Positions 39,785-49,318 of a stretch of 64,000 nt of DNA are shown here, in pieces (positions within the stretch are counted from its first letter, which is position 1; every line of letters begins with the position of its first letter). This DNA is from an uncultured Candidatus Saccharibacteria bacterium. Its GTDB lineage: Bacteria > Patescibacteriota > Minisyncoccia > Phycocordibacterales > Phycocordibacteraceae. The position numbers and the translations under genes were made by a program. The notes under the pieces are model-generated. The model was not told the DNA's origin and searched no databases. It saw only the letters and a program-made list of their open reading frames with translations. Location: assembly GCA_964357395.1 (NCBI GenBank), contig CAYHLC010000001.1, positions 55,599 to 119,598 on the forward strand. Direction: 5' to 3'.

Positions 39785-40545
39785 ACCCACTTTCAAGCAG
39801 AACACGCAATATCTATTTCCTACTCCTCACGTTCGCATTCGTGCTCGTTGTCCCTGTTGCCGTGCTCTATGCTACGGGGTATCGCCTCCGCGACTTCTCA
39901 CTCCAGGAGACCGGGGGCGTGTACGTCACCGTGCCCATTTCTGATGTGGTTGTGACCATTAATGGTGAGGAGGTGGGGAAGAGTGGCCTCTTTGATAGGA
40001 CACTCTACATCCCAGACCTCTCGCCGGACAAATACGTGGTACAGGCGACTCGGGAAGGATATTATCCATGGACCAAGACCATTACGGTGGAGCCATGGAT
40101 TGTGACAGACGCGCTGGCACTCATGGTACCAACAACCATCCAGCTAACTGAGGAGCCAGTCGCAACGTCGACTCTAGCTGCCTTTGCGACTACAACTGTG
40201 CAGGAATCGGTGGGAGGTATGGAGCTGCTACTCGAGGATGGAGATGTATCGGTGCGATGGATACGAAATCCAGATAACGCGCCAAGCGCGTTCTGCTTCC
40301 GCCCATCGGCATGTGCGAGCGAGATCACCATTCTGCGCGGGAAGGAGGATGCCCTCGGCGCAGTTTTCTTTTCCGGTGGGGTAGTGTATCGAACTCAAAC
40401 TGGTATCTATTTCAGTGATATCGAAACACGATCGCCGCAGTTGATACTCCCACTCTACACGCGGCCAAAAGCCGACTTTCGCATCATCGACGACGCCCTC
40501 GTCATCAAGGATGGCGCGAGCTACTACCGCATAGACTCGTTTTAG
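39781..40545 (+). CDS. PEGA-domain membrane-anchored protein
   Basis: TM helix + YATGYR, ETGG, REGYYPWTKTI. Confidence 0.8.
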   Translation: MNPLSSRTRNIYFLLLTFAFVLVVPVAVLYATGYRLRDFSLQETGGVYVTVPISDVVVTINGEEVGKSGLFDRTLYIPDLSPDKYVVQATREGYYPWTKTITVEPWIVTDALALMVPTTIQLTEEPVATSTLAAFATTTVQESVGGMELLLEDGDVSVRWIRNPDNAPSAFCFRPSACASEITILRGKEDALGAVFFSGGVVYRTQTGIYFSDIETRSPQLILPLYTRPKADFRIIDDALVIKDGASYYRIDSF

Positions 40546-40566
40546 CGCTAGCGCTATACTGCTGTA

Positions 40567-41301
40567 ATGGCAGATCAACGGGGCAAGCTGCACCCAATAA
40601 GCATTGCGATCCGCGATATTGCGGATATTTTTGGCAAGATGGGATTCGGCATAGCCTACGGTCCTGAACTCGAAACCGACTTTTACAACTTTACGGGCCT
40701 CAATATTCCGCAGGACCACCCCGCTCGCGACATGCAGGACACCTTTTGGATTAAGGACAGGCCGGGCGAGGTGCTCCGCACCCACACTACTTCCGTCTCT
40801 ATACGCGAGCTAGAGAAGATGGCCAAGGAGGGCCGCACAAAAGAGCGGATGATTATCCCGAACAAGGTGTTTCGCAACGAGGCGACGGATATCACGCACG
40901 AAGCGCAGTTCTACCAGCTGGACGGATTTGCTGTCGCACAGGTTGGCGAGATTACGATGGCGCACCTCAAAGGGACATTGAGCCACTTTTATCGCGAGTA
41001 TCTCGGTCCGTCCGTTGAAGTACGCTTCCGACCGAGCTTCTTCGGGTTTACCGAGCCGTCGGTCGAAGTGGACGCGTGGTTTCAGGCACCTGGCAAGGAG
41101 GGGAGATGGCTCGAGATGTGTGGCGCAGGCATGCTGCACCCGAATGTGCTACGCGCCGCAGGACTCGATCCAGAAAAGGTGGCAGGCTTCGCCTTCGGTG
41201 GCGGACTGGAACGAGTAGTCATGGTTAAGTACGGGATCCCTGACGTCCGCTACTTCCACGGAGGCGACGCTCGGTTTGTGTATGGCTTCGATACTATATG
41301 A
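40567..41301 (+). CDS. pheS: Phenylalanyl-tRNA synthetase alpha subunit (lacks N-terminal coiled coil)
   Basis: HPARDMQDTF, LRTHT, FTEPS, GFAFGGGLER. Confidence 0.96.
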   Translation: MADQRGKLHPISIAIRDIADIFGKMGFGIAYGPELETDFYNFTGLNIPQDHPARDMQDTFWIKDRPGEVLRTHTTSVSIRELEKMAKEGRTKERMIIPNKVFRNEATDITHEAQFYQLDGFAVAQVGEITMAHLKGTLSHFYREYLGPSVEVRFRPSFFGFTEPSVEVDAWFQAPGKEGRWLEMCGAGMLHPNVLRAAGLDPEKVAGFAFGGGLERVVMVKYGIPDVRYFHGGDARFVYGFDTI

Positions 41302-43112
41302 AAGTCTCTCGCACATGGCTACAAAAGTATTTCGAAGCGCCCTTGCCAGGCGTAGCAGAACTCTCGCAGCTAATCACTGCGCACGCCTTTGAGATCGACG
41401 AGATAGTTGGGGAGATGCTGGACGTGAAGGTGCTACCCGACCGAGCAGGTGACTGTCTCTCGCATCGTGGTATCGCAACGGAGCTCTCGGCGATCCTGAA
41501 GATGCCACTAAAGAGCGACCCGCTCCGTGAGGCGCTGCCCGCATGGACTAGGACTGACACGTTTACTATTGAGGCTGATTCGACGTTTGTTCTCCGGCAT
41601 ACTGGCGCTCTTGTAACTGGAATCAAGGTGGGCCCATCGCCCGCGTGGCTGAAGGAGGCATTGGAGAGCGTGGGACAGCGCTCGATCAACAATATAGTGG
41701 ATGCCACAAATTATGTGATGCTCAACTTGGGCCAACCATCGCATGCGTTTGATGCAACGAAGAGCTCCACGAAGATTGTTATCCGCAAGGCCAAGGCCGG
41801 AGAGAAGGTCGTGAGTCTCTCAGGAGATGCGTACGAACTAACCGACAAGATGCACGTATTTGCAAACGCTGAGACCGGCGAGGCACTCGACATTGCGGGC
41901 ATTAAGGGCGGTCAGAGTTCTGGAGTGAGCGAGACAACAACAAGTATCTTTGTTTCGGCTGGAAACTACGATGGCACTACTATTCGGAAGACAGCGCAGG
42001 CACTGAAGCTCTTTACCGACGCATCGCTCCGTTTCCAAAACCGGCCATCGCCGGAGTTGACTGCCTACGGTATGCGAGATTTGCTGGCACTCATCACGGA
42101 CGTTGCAGGAGGGACAGTAGAGGGAGTTATTGATATCTACAACACACACGCAGATCTCGCTCCGGTAAGTATTACGAAGCAGAGTATTGATACCAAGCTC
42201 GGGCGTGTCTATACCGACGAGGAAATCCGAGGTGCATTTGCAAGACTGAGACTGCCCTGCAAAGTGGAGGGCGAGGTGTATACAGTTACGCCCCCATTCG
42301 AGCGTGTGGACCTCACCATTAGCGAGAATCTCATAGAGGAAGTGGGTCGCATCGTTGGGTACGATAAGATCGAGCCGGTAGTACCCACTGCAGAAGGAGG
42401 CTTTGACCAGAGGAAGTATAGAGGCATTGAACGTCTGAAGGACATACTTGTCACACATGGATACATAGAGGCATCGACCCAATCGTTTGCTAAAAAGGGT
42501 GACGTGGGGCTTGCAAATCCTACCGATGTGGACAATCCGTATCTACGCCCTTCACTAGCACCAAATATGCAAAAGGCCCTGGAGCATGGGAAGTACATTA
42601 TGCCGCTTATCCTGCCCCCGAAAGGGAAGCTGAAGTTGTTTGAGGCAGGCACCGTATTTAACAAAGACGGTGAGCATCTATCGCTCGCGATCTCTCTGCC
42701 ACTCGCAGAACTCGACGTGGTACTAGGCAAGCCGACGATGGTAGGGAGTATTGCCGAGTATGACTTATCTAAAGTTGACCTCGAGGCTTATGGGGATGGC
42801 TACGAGCCGAAGCGCTACACACTTAGCGCATTTAAACCGTTCTCCCAGTACCCATTTGTCCTCCGCGACATAGCAGTGTGGGTCCCTACCGCCACAACCG
42901 ACTCCGAGCTTGCAGAGCTTATCAAGCAAAATGCTGGAGCGCTCCTTACTAAGATCGACCTCTTCGACTCCTTCGCCAAAGATGACCGAACCTCATACGC
43001 ATTCCGCCTGGTGTTCCAATCTATGGACCGCACACTGACCGATGTCGAGGTGGGTGTAGAGATGCAAAAGGTTACCGATGCTATAGCAGCTAAGGGCTGG
43101 ACCGTGCGCTAA
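41298..43112 (+). CDS. pheT: Phenylalanyl-tRNA synthetase beta subunit (reduced)
   Basis: DRAGDCLSHRGIA, INNIVDATNYVM, FDX-ACB tail RDIAV...DRTLTD. Confidence 0.95.
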   Translation: MKVSRTWLQKYFEAPLPGVAELSQLITAHAFEIDEIVGEMLDVKVLPDRAGDCLSHRGIATELSAILKMPLKSDPLREALPAWTRTDTFTIEADSTFVLRHTGALVTGIKVGPSPAWLKEALESVGQRSINNIVDATNYVMLNLGQPSHAFDATKSSTKIVIRKAKAGEKVVSLSGDAYELTDKMHVFANAETGEALDIAGIKGGQSSGVSETTTSIFVSAGNYDGTTIRKTAQALKLFTDASLRFQNRPSPELTAYGMRDLLALITDVAGGTVEGVIDIYNTHADLAPVSITKQSIDTKLGRVYTDEEIRGAFARLRLPCKVEGEVYTVTPPFERVDLTISENLIEEVGRIVGYDKIEPVVPTAEGGFDQRKYRGIERLKDILVTHGYIEASTQSFAKKGDVGLANPTDVDNPYLRPSLAPNMQKALEHGKYIMPLILPPKGKLKLFEAGTVFNKDGEHLSLAISLPLAELDVVLGKPTMVGSIAEYDLSKVDLEAYGDGYEPKRYTLSAFKPFSQYPFVLRDIAVWVPTATTDSELAELIKQNAGALLTKIDLFDSFAKDDRTSYAFRLVFQSMDRTLTDVEVGVEMQKVTDAIAAKGWTVR

Positions 43113-43459
43113 TGGATTACGTACATATACAGGGGCTCCGGATAGTAGGGAAGCACGGGCACTATGTCCATGAGCGGCGCGGAGCGCAGGAGTTCGAGGT
43201 CTCGGTGCGCGTCGCACTTGATACAACAAAAGCGGGGAAGTCAGACAAGCTCCATCACTCACTGAGCTACTCCAAGATTAAGGAGGTAGTAGAAAAAGCA
43301 TTCGCAGCAGCGCCACGATACTTACTAGAGAGGTTGGCCGAGGAGATCGCGCGCGCACTCCTCAAGGATGCACGGGTTAAAGAGGTAGTGGTTACAATCA
43401 AGAAGCTGAAGATCTGGAAGAATGGTATTCCGGGTGTCACTATTACCCGTAAGCGCTGA
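43112..43459 (+). CDS. folB: Dihydroneopterin aldolase
   Basis: GKHG...ER..Q, SYSKI, LLERLAEEIA, VTIKK. Confidence 0.88.
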   Translation: MDYVHIQGLRIVGKHGHYVHERRGAQEFEVSVRVALDTTKAGKSDKLHHSLSYSKIKEVVEKAFAAAPRYLLERLAEEIARALLKDARVKEVVVTIKKLKIWKNGIPGVTITRKR

Positions 43460-43461
43460 AC

Positions 43462-43593
43462 ATGATCTCGTTTCTTATCAAGCGCTTCGTACTTAAGCCC
43501 CTCGGCCTCTACAAGGAGCCAGTAGATGACGAAGAGGACAAGAGCTGGCTGCAGCAAATCGGCTTTTATAACAAAAACAACAAACCTAAGTAA
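43462..43593 (+). CDS. Possible 43-aa protein
   Basis: ATG 2 nt after the folB stop; fills the gap (MISFLIKRFVLKPLGLYKEPVDDEED...). Confidence 0.4.
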   Translation: MISFLIKRFVLKPLGLYKEPVDDEEDKSWLQQIGFYNKNNKPK

Positions 43594-43843
43594 CTTTCGA
43601 AAAGCGGGGCTTGCCATCGACGATGGCGAGCCACTCTGAGACTGGCCGCACGAACGAGAGGCGCGGTCCATACTGCGCCTGGTACAGAACGCCGATAGAG
43701 TCGTCTGCCTCGATAACGACCACGCCTCTGACTATGTACGTTTTTGTAGAGTCCTTGTAGTGGACGTAGGTAGTACCAACTTCGATGTGATCTTTATACG
43801 CGCTTATCTCCTCTGCGAGTTCGTTTAGCGGCTTGTGACTCAT
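43586..43843 (-). CDS. DUF1653-like protein
   Basis: YVHYK, VLYQAQY, FVRPVSEW, PRF. Confidence 0.8.
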   Translation of the reverse strand: MSHKPLNELAEEISAYKDHIEVGTTYVHYKDSTKTYIVRGVVVIEADDSIGVLYQAQYGPRLSFVRPVSEWLAIVDGKPRFSKVT

Positions 43844-43860
43844 AGTGCTAGTATAGCCCT
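43844..43860. promoter_or_regulatory. 17-bp bidirectional leaderless promoter
   Basis: TAGTAT (+) and TATACT (-) overlap, each 6 nt from an ATG. Confidence 0.7.
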
Positions 43861-44727
43861 ATGAAGGGTAAGCGACGAGGAAGATTCGATAACAGGGCTC
43901 CAAACGGAGGCAAGCCGCTGCCGATGGTACGCGGCAAGGGCGGTGCATACGCTCCAGGAGAGAAGGAGGAGCGACGCACAGCCAAAACAGGCTGGGACGA
44001 GATGGCCCCTTGGTACGCAGGCTGGGCAGGACAGGGTTCCAACTTCCACAAGCACTTTGCACTACCAGAGATAGCGAAAGCGTTAGCACTGAAGCGCGAC
44101 ATGCGCGTAGTCGACCTCGGCTGTGGTATGGGTGCCCTCCGCGAGACGGTGGAGAAGGCGGGCGGCGAGTATGTAGGCGTCGATAAGTCGCCGAACATGA
44201 TCAAGCGTGCAAAAGAGCTTCATGGCGAGCGAAGTCGAGCCAAGTTCTTCGTCTCGGACGTGGCGCGCCCAGGCGGAATCGCGTTTCCTGGGGCAGCGAA
44301 TTTTGACCGTGCAGTATTCATGTTTTCCATCCAGGACATCGACAACCACAAAGCAGCTATTGCGAACGCCGCTAAGCTTTTGAAGAAAGGGGGTCTGCCT
44401 GCGCAGGCAGGCGAGCTTCTGATATTTATGGTGCACCCAGCGTTCCGCATTCCTCGACAGTCGGGGTGGGGTACAGACGCGGCGCGGAAGCTGACCTACC
44501 GCAGGATGGACCGCTACAAGTCCGAGACGACCATCCCGCTCCCACAGCGCACCGGCGAGCATCAAGTCACGTCCTTCTTCTACCATCGCCCACTGCAGTC
44601 ATACGCGGACGCGCTCACTGACGTCGGCTTCAGTATCGTCGGCATTAAGGAGATCTACTCTGGCTCCAAAGGCGCCGAAGTCGAGTTCCCACACTTCCTC
44701 CTCCTCCACGCTAAACTATTGCCATGA
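43861..44727 (+). CDS. Class I SAM-dependent methyltransferase
   Basis: VDLGCGMG, GVDKS, HPAFRIPRQSGW, YHRPL. Confidence 0.9.
   Translation: MKGKRRGRFDNRAPNGGKPLPMVRGKGGAYAPGEKEERRTAKTGWDEMAPWYAGWAGQGSNFHKHFALPEIAKALALKRDMRVVDLGCGMGALRETVEKAGGEYVGVDKSPNMIKRAKELHGERSRAKFFVSDVARPGGIAFPGAANFDRAVFMFSIQDIDNHKAAIANAAKLLKKGGLPAQAGELLIFMVHPAFRIPRQSGWGTDAARKLTYRRMDRYKSETTIPLPQRTGEHQVTSFFYHRPLQSYADALTDVGFSIVGIKEIYSGSKGAEVEFPHFLLLHAKLLP
44395..44410. repeat. Perfect 16-bp palindrome inside a CDS (apparent 18-bp in-frame insertion)
   Basis: ctgcctgcgcaggcag; adds LPAQAG after LKKGG. Confidence 0.75.
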
Positions 44728-45242
44728 AGGAGTTAGAGCGGACATTCTTGGCGAGGGCGTTACCCGATTTAGACGGTGCTACGAGCAGGGAGATGCTTGA
44801 CATATACTTGCCCACCTCCTCAGATCATCCGATACTTCGTATCCGCAAGCAGGGCGATAGACACGAGATGACGAAGAAGGCGCCGATAGACGACGCAGAC
44901 CGGTCAGTGCAGCTGGAGCAGACTATACCGCTCTCGGTTAATGAGTATGCAGAACTGAGCACGCTCCCGGGCAAGCGCGTCGCAAAGACGAGGTACTACT
45001 ACACGGAGGGGGTACACACCTATGAGATTGATGTGTTCAGAGAGGCACTGAGCGGATTAGTATTAATCGATATCGAGTTCGACACGGTGGCAGACAAGGA
45101 TGCATTTGTTGCTCCCGCGCTCTGCCTCGCCGAGGTGACCCAAGAGCAGTTCCTCGCGGGCGGCATGCTCTGTGGCAAGAGCTATGCAGACATCGAGGCG
45201 CGGTTGGCCCCCTTCGGATACCAAAAGATCGTAACCCACTAG
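44724..45242 (+). CDS. CYTH-domain protein
   Basis: ELERTF, LRIRK, KTRY, EIDVF, DIEF. Confidence 0.85.
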   Translation: MKELERTFLARALPDLDGATSREMLDIYLPTSSDHPILRIRKQGDRHEMTKKAPIDDADRSVQLEQTIPLSVNEYAELSTLPGKRVAKTRYYYTEGVHTYEIDVFREALSGLVLIDIEFDTVADKDAFVAPALCLAEVTQEQFLAGGMLCGKSYADIEARLAPFGYQKIVTH

Positions 45243-45300
45243 GGTGGTGGAATCGAACACTTTGTGATATAGTCCAGGAGGCCCCGGGCCCTTTTTTGTT

Positions 45301-47088
45301 ATGGAAATCAGAAATATAGCCATTATTGCTCACGTGGACCACGGCAAGACCACCCTTACCGACGCAATATTGCGCCAGACCGGTGCCGCCAAAGAGGGGG
45401 TCACGATGGACACCAACAAGCTCGAGCAGGAGCGTGGTATCACCATTTATGCCAAGAACGCCTCGGTGACTTACAAAGGCACCAAGATCAACATCGTAGA
45501 CACTCCTGGCCACGCAGACTTCGGCTCTGAGGTAGAGCGCGTGCTGCGATCCATCGACTCCGTTTTGCTTATCGTAGACGCACAGGAGGGCCCCATGCCA
45601 CAGACCCGCTTCGTACTTAAGAAGTCCTTGGAGCTCGGCTTGAAGCCCATTTTGGTAATCAACAAGATCGACAAGCCAGCTGCGGACGCGCACCGCACCG
45701 AGGAGCAGGTCTTAGAGCTCTTCTTGGAACTCGGCGCTAACGATGATCAGTCCAACTTCCCAGTCGTATACGCTATTGGTCGCGAGGGCGTTGCGATGCG
45801 GAAGCTGGACGATGCTCGTGTGGATCTCACGCCACTCCTCGATGTTGTGTTGGAGCACGTTAAGCCCGAGCATCCATCCCCCGAGGGCACGTCACTCAAG
45901 TTCCAGCCATTCAACCTCGGCTACGACAACTTCCTCGGCCGCCTCGCAGTAGGCCGCGTATACGAGGGCGTTATAGGCCCAAACATGCCCGTGTTTATTA
46001 AGAAAGCTGACGGCGCCACACGCACAGGCCGCACGGTAAAGATCTTTACCTTTAATGGCCTCGAGCGAGTGGAGGCAGAAAAGGCAGAGGCAGGAGACAT
46101 CGTGCAGGTAGCAGGGCTCCCTGACATATACATTGGCGAGACGATAACAACGGATGAGAAGATGGAGCCACTGCCAGCCATCCATGTGGACGAGCCGACG
46201 ATCGCGCTTAACTTCCTCGTCAACAACTCGCCATTTGCAGGCCGCGAGGGCAAGTACGTTACCAACCGTCAGATCCGCGAGCGACTGGAAAAGGAGCTGG
46301 AGATCAACGTAGGACTTCGTGTTGATTTCGGCGGCAATGATTCGTTCCGAGTGTACGGACGTGGCGAGCTGCATGTGTCCATCCTCCTCGAGAACATGCG
46401 TCGCGAAGGATACGAGATGCAGGTCTCGCAGCCACAAGTAATCATCAAGGAGGAGAATGGGGTTAAGGTAGAGCCGTATGAGGAAGTCGTCGTTGACACA
46501 CCATCCGAGTTCCAGGGAGCTATTATCGAGCGACTCGGCGTCCGCGCCTTCCAGATGAAGGACTTGAAGGTGCACGGTGACACAGTCCGTATGATCTTTG
46601 AGGGCCCAACACGCGGACTCTTGGGCTACCGTAACCAGTTCGTCGTAGACACCAAGGGCGAGGGTATCCTATCGTCGCGCTTCCTAGAGTTTAGGCAGCA
46701 CGCAGGTGAGATCAAGAAGCGCCAAGTGGGCTCGATGATCAGCATGGCGAGCGGCAAGGCGCTCGGGTTCTCCCTCTTTAACCTACAGGATCGCGGCGTG
46801 CTCTATATCGGGCCAGCGGTCGAGGTGTACGAGGGACAGGTGATAGGTAACACCTCGAAGGGCGAGGAGATGATAGTTAATCCGACCAAGGGTAAGCAGC
46901 TGACCAACATGCGCGCATCTGGATCCGACGACGCCATCGCACTTATCCCGCCTTACGCCCTCACTATCGAGCGCGGACTTGAGGTTATGTCGGAGGACGA
47001 GTACCTCGAGGTCACCCCAACGTCAGTACGATTGCGCAAGCAGGCCCTATCAGAAAACGACCGCTCCAAGTCCCGCCGCAAAGAGTAG
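45301..47088 (+). CDS. typA: Translational GTPase TypA/BipA
   Basis: [33 protein letters not shown]. Confidence 0.97.
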   Translation: MEIRNIAIIAHVDHGKTTLTDAILRQTGAAKEGVTMDTNKLEQERGITIYAKNASVTYKGTKINIVDTPGHADFGSEVERVLRSIDSVLLIVDAQEGPMPQTRFVLKKSLELGLKPILVINKIDKPAADAHRTEEQVLELFLELGANDDQSNFPVVYAIGREGVAMRKLDDARVDLTPLLDVVLEHVKPEHPSPEGTSLKFQPFNLGYDNFLGRLAVGRVYEGVIGPNMPVFIKKADGATRTGRTVKIFTFNGLERVEAEKAEAGDIVQVAGLPDIYIGETITTDEKMEPLPAIHVDEPTIALNFLVNNSPFAGREGKYVTNRQIRERLEKELEINVGLRVDFGGNDSFRVYGRGELHVSILLENMRREGYEMQVSQPQVIIKEENGVKVEPYEEVVVDTPSEFQGAIIERLGVRAFQMKDLKVHGDTVRMIFEGPTRGLLGYRNQFVVDTKGEGILSSRFLEFRQHAGEIKKRQVGSMISMASGKALGFSLFNLQDRGVLYIGPAVEVYEGQVIGNTSKGEEMIVNPTKGKQLTNMRASGSDDAIALIPPYALTIERGLEVMSEDEYLEVTPTSVRLRKQALSENDRSKSRRKE

Positions 47089-47092
47089 GGGG

Positions 47093-47121
47093 TTGACATT
47101 AACTGATTTTAGGTGTATTTT
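47093..47121 (+). promoter_or_regulatory. Sigma70 promoter
   Basis: TTGACA-17 bp-TATTTT. Confidence 0.65.
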
Positions 47122-47156
47122 AGGGCGGTTACTGAGGTTATAAATTTATAGAAAAT

Positions 47157-47462
47157 ATGGGAATTCTTAATGTTTCTAGAGAGGCAGCGTGGAGAACAGG
47201 CTACTTCCATATGCGTCCTATGCGATACGTCCTCGCAGCTGGCCTACTTCTTGGCTTGGGGATCGTGGGAGCAGATCAATTTGATCTAGATAGCTCGCTC
47301 GGCGAAGGTGCAGACAAACTTATCACTACGGAAGCAGGGTTGTTTGTCGCGGGTGCGTTTGCTGGTACGTATGTTGCCACGAAGGTTGTAGCAGCCCTCG
47401 CGTGGGCCTTCTATGGTTACGCTCTAAGAAATCACAGAGATTACACTCTCTCTGGAGAATAA
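47157..47462 (+). CDS. Hypothetical small membrane protein
   Basis: 2 TM helices; own promoter and terminator. Confidence 0.65.
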   Translation: MGILNVSREAAWRTGYFHMRPMRYVLAAGLLLGLGIVGADQFDLDSSLGEGADKLITTEAGLFVAGAFAGTYVATKVVAALAWAFYGYALRNHRDYTLSGE

Positions 47463-47487
47463 AAAAGGCGCCCTCGGCGCTTTTTTT
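47461..47487 (+). terminator. Intrinsic terminator
   Basis: aaaaaaggcgcc-ctc-ggcgcttttttt. Confidence 0.8.
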
Positions 47488-47509
47488 GTTTGGCAGTATA
47501 GTAGGGTGT

Positions 47510-47797
47510 GTGAAGTCAACCTTTAAGGCAAGGCTTTGGGTCTATCCGGGAGATAAGGCTTCGTGGCGGTTCATAACCGTTCCGAAGGATATATCTGGGA
47601 AGATTCGGAAGAGTAACAAGCCTCGCGGCTGGGGCTCACACCAGGTACGCGTCACGATTGGCAAGACCAGTTGGGACACGTCGATCTTTTGGGAGTCGAA
47701 GAGCCTTACGTTCCTGCTGCCAGTCAAGGCAACAATCCGTCGCGCGGAAGGGATAGAAGATGGAGAAACCGTTTCCGTAAAGCTGGTGATCAGATAA
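47510..47797 (+). CDS. DUF1905-like protein
   Basis: WRFITVP, RGWGS, VTIGKTSWDTSIF, LLPVKATIR; GTG start. Confidence 0.82.
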   Translation: MKSTFKARLWVYPGDKASWRFITVPKDISGKIRKSNKPRGWGSHQVRVTIGKTSWDTSIFWESKSLTFLLPVKATIRRAEGIEDGETVSVKLVIR

Positions 47798-47799
47798 TC

Positions 47800-49314
47800 A
47801 TGCAAAAGACAATCTCAGTCAAACACGTTAGTGTCGAATTCGGAACCAAAACAGTCTTAGACGATGTATCGTTTGCTATCGCCGTACCTGACCATATCTG
47901 TGTGGTGGGGGAGAACGGCGAGGGCAAGTCGACCTTGATGCGAGTCCTTGCAGGCACTGTCGAGATTGAGGAAGGCACGGTAGCAAAGAGCAATGGCGCT
48001 CGGGTGTACTACATTCCTCAGGAATTCCCACACTCACATATGGCCCTTACGGCACGCGAGTACGCAGTACAGGAAGCAGGACACGGCATGTACAAAAAGG
48101 TAGAGGAAATATGTACGGTGCTCGGCCTCCGATTAGCAACGTATGCGGACCAGCAGTGCCGACTCCTCTCGGGCGGGCAGCAAAAGATCATTGCGCTTGC
48201 TGTTGGTATGGCAATCCGGCCCGACTTCCTCCTCCTCGATGAGCCGGAAAACCATTTGGATATCGTGACGCGAAAGCAGCTCATAGTAGAGCTGCAGGAC
48301 TTTCCTGGCGCGCTTATTTGCATCTCGCACGACCGCTTCGTTATCGATGCCTTGGCAGAAAAGATTCTGGAGATTGCAGATGGGAAGCTACACATATCAG
48401 AGGGGAACTATGCAGATTACCGCCAATCTCGCAGACGCAGGATAGAGGGTTCGCAGCGCACCTTTGATGCCGAGGAAAAGCGCATAGCTCAGCTCAAGAA
48501 GGCCTACGTAATCGCGCACCAGAAGGCTATTAGAGGTAAGGAGACCGCAGCCTACCACCGCATTAAGGACGAGCTCCTGGGCTTGAAGCAGGATCATAAG
48601 GAAAACAGGCGTGCCGAAGACGAGTTTACCAAGATCAAGCTCGGAGGAAGCAAGTCAGATCTACACAACACCAAACTCCTTGTTAAGGCAGAGGACGTGT
48701 CGTATGGCTACTCGGGCAAGCACCCACTCTTTAAGAAGCTCTCATTCGAGATCCGCGTCGGCGGACACATCGTACTTCTCGGGAGGAACGGCTCGGGCAA
48801 GTCGACACTGCTAAAGCTAATGCAAGGGAAGCTGAAGCCAGACACTGGAGCCATAACCTGGGCACCCGGGATCAAGGTGCACTACTTCGACCAGCACATG
48901 GCTTTCGATCCAAACATGTCACCACGCGAGGTAGTCGAGGATCACTATGGCTGCTCAGTACAGGATGCACGGGCGATATTGGGTAAGGTAAAGTTCGACC
49001 TCGACCGCATGGAGCGGAAGCTCGAGAGCCTCTCCGGTGGCGAGCGTATGCGACTCAAGTTCGCAATAGTCTTCGGTATGAACCCCGACGTCATCGTGCT
49101 CGATGAGCCAACGAACCATGTAGACATCACAACATGGGACATACTCCTCGAGCAGTGCAATGCGACCAAGGCGACACTGATCCTCGTGACCCACGATGAG
49201 GAGTTCATCGAAAAGCTGAACAACAAACTCTTCTTCGTCCTCTCCCGCTCCGAGTTCAGTGTCCGCCACAAGGCCCTAGACGTCCTCCTCGAGGAGCTCT
49301 CGCGTGTAGAATAG
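47800..49314 (+). CDS. ABC-F family ATPase
   Basis: Two ABC domains (GENGEGKST, GRNGSGKST, LSGG, DEP); no TM helices. Confidence 0.92.
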   Translation: MQKTISVKHVSVEFGTKTVLDDVSFAIAVPDHICVVGENGEGKSTLMRVLAGTVEIEEGTVAKSNGARVYYIPQEFPHSHMALTAREYAVQEAGHGMYKKVEEICTVLGLRLATYADQQCRLLSGGQQKIIALAVGMAIRPDFLLLDEPENHLDIVTRKQLIVELQDFPGALICISHDRFVIDALAEKILEIADGKLHISEGNYADYRQSRRRRIEGSQRTFDAEEKRIAQLKKAYVIAHQKAIRGKETAAYHRIKDELLGLKQDHKENRRAEDEFTKIKLGGSKSDLHNTKLLVKAEDVSYGYSGKHPLFKKLSFEIRVGGHIVLLGRNGSGKSTLLKLMQGKLKPDTGAITWAPGIKVHYFDQHMAFDPNMSPREVVEDHYGCSVQDARAILGKVKFDLDRMERKLESLSGGERMRLKFAIVFGMNPDVIVLDEPTNHVDITTWDILLEQCNATKATLILVTHDEEFIEKLNNKLFFVLSRSEFSVRHKALDVLLEELSRVE

Positions 49315-49318
49315 GTGA

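Noticed and set aside
45240-45262. tRNA 3'-end-like fragment (reverse complement gtgttcgattccaccaccc) as an att site
   Set aside because: The T-stem does not pair, there is no cloverleaf and no integrase nearby.
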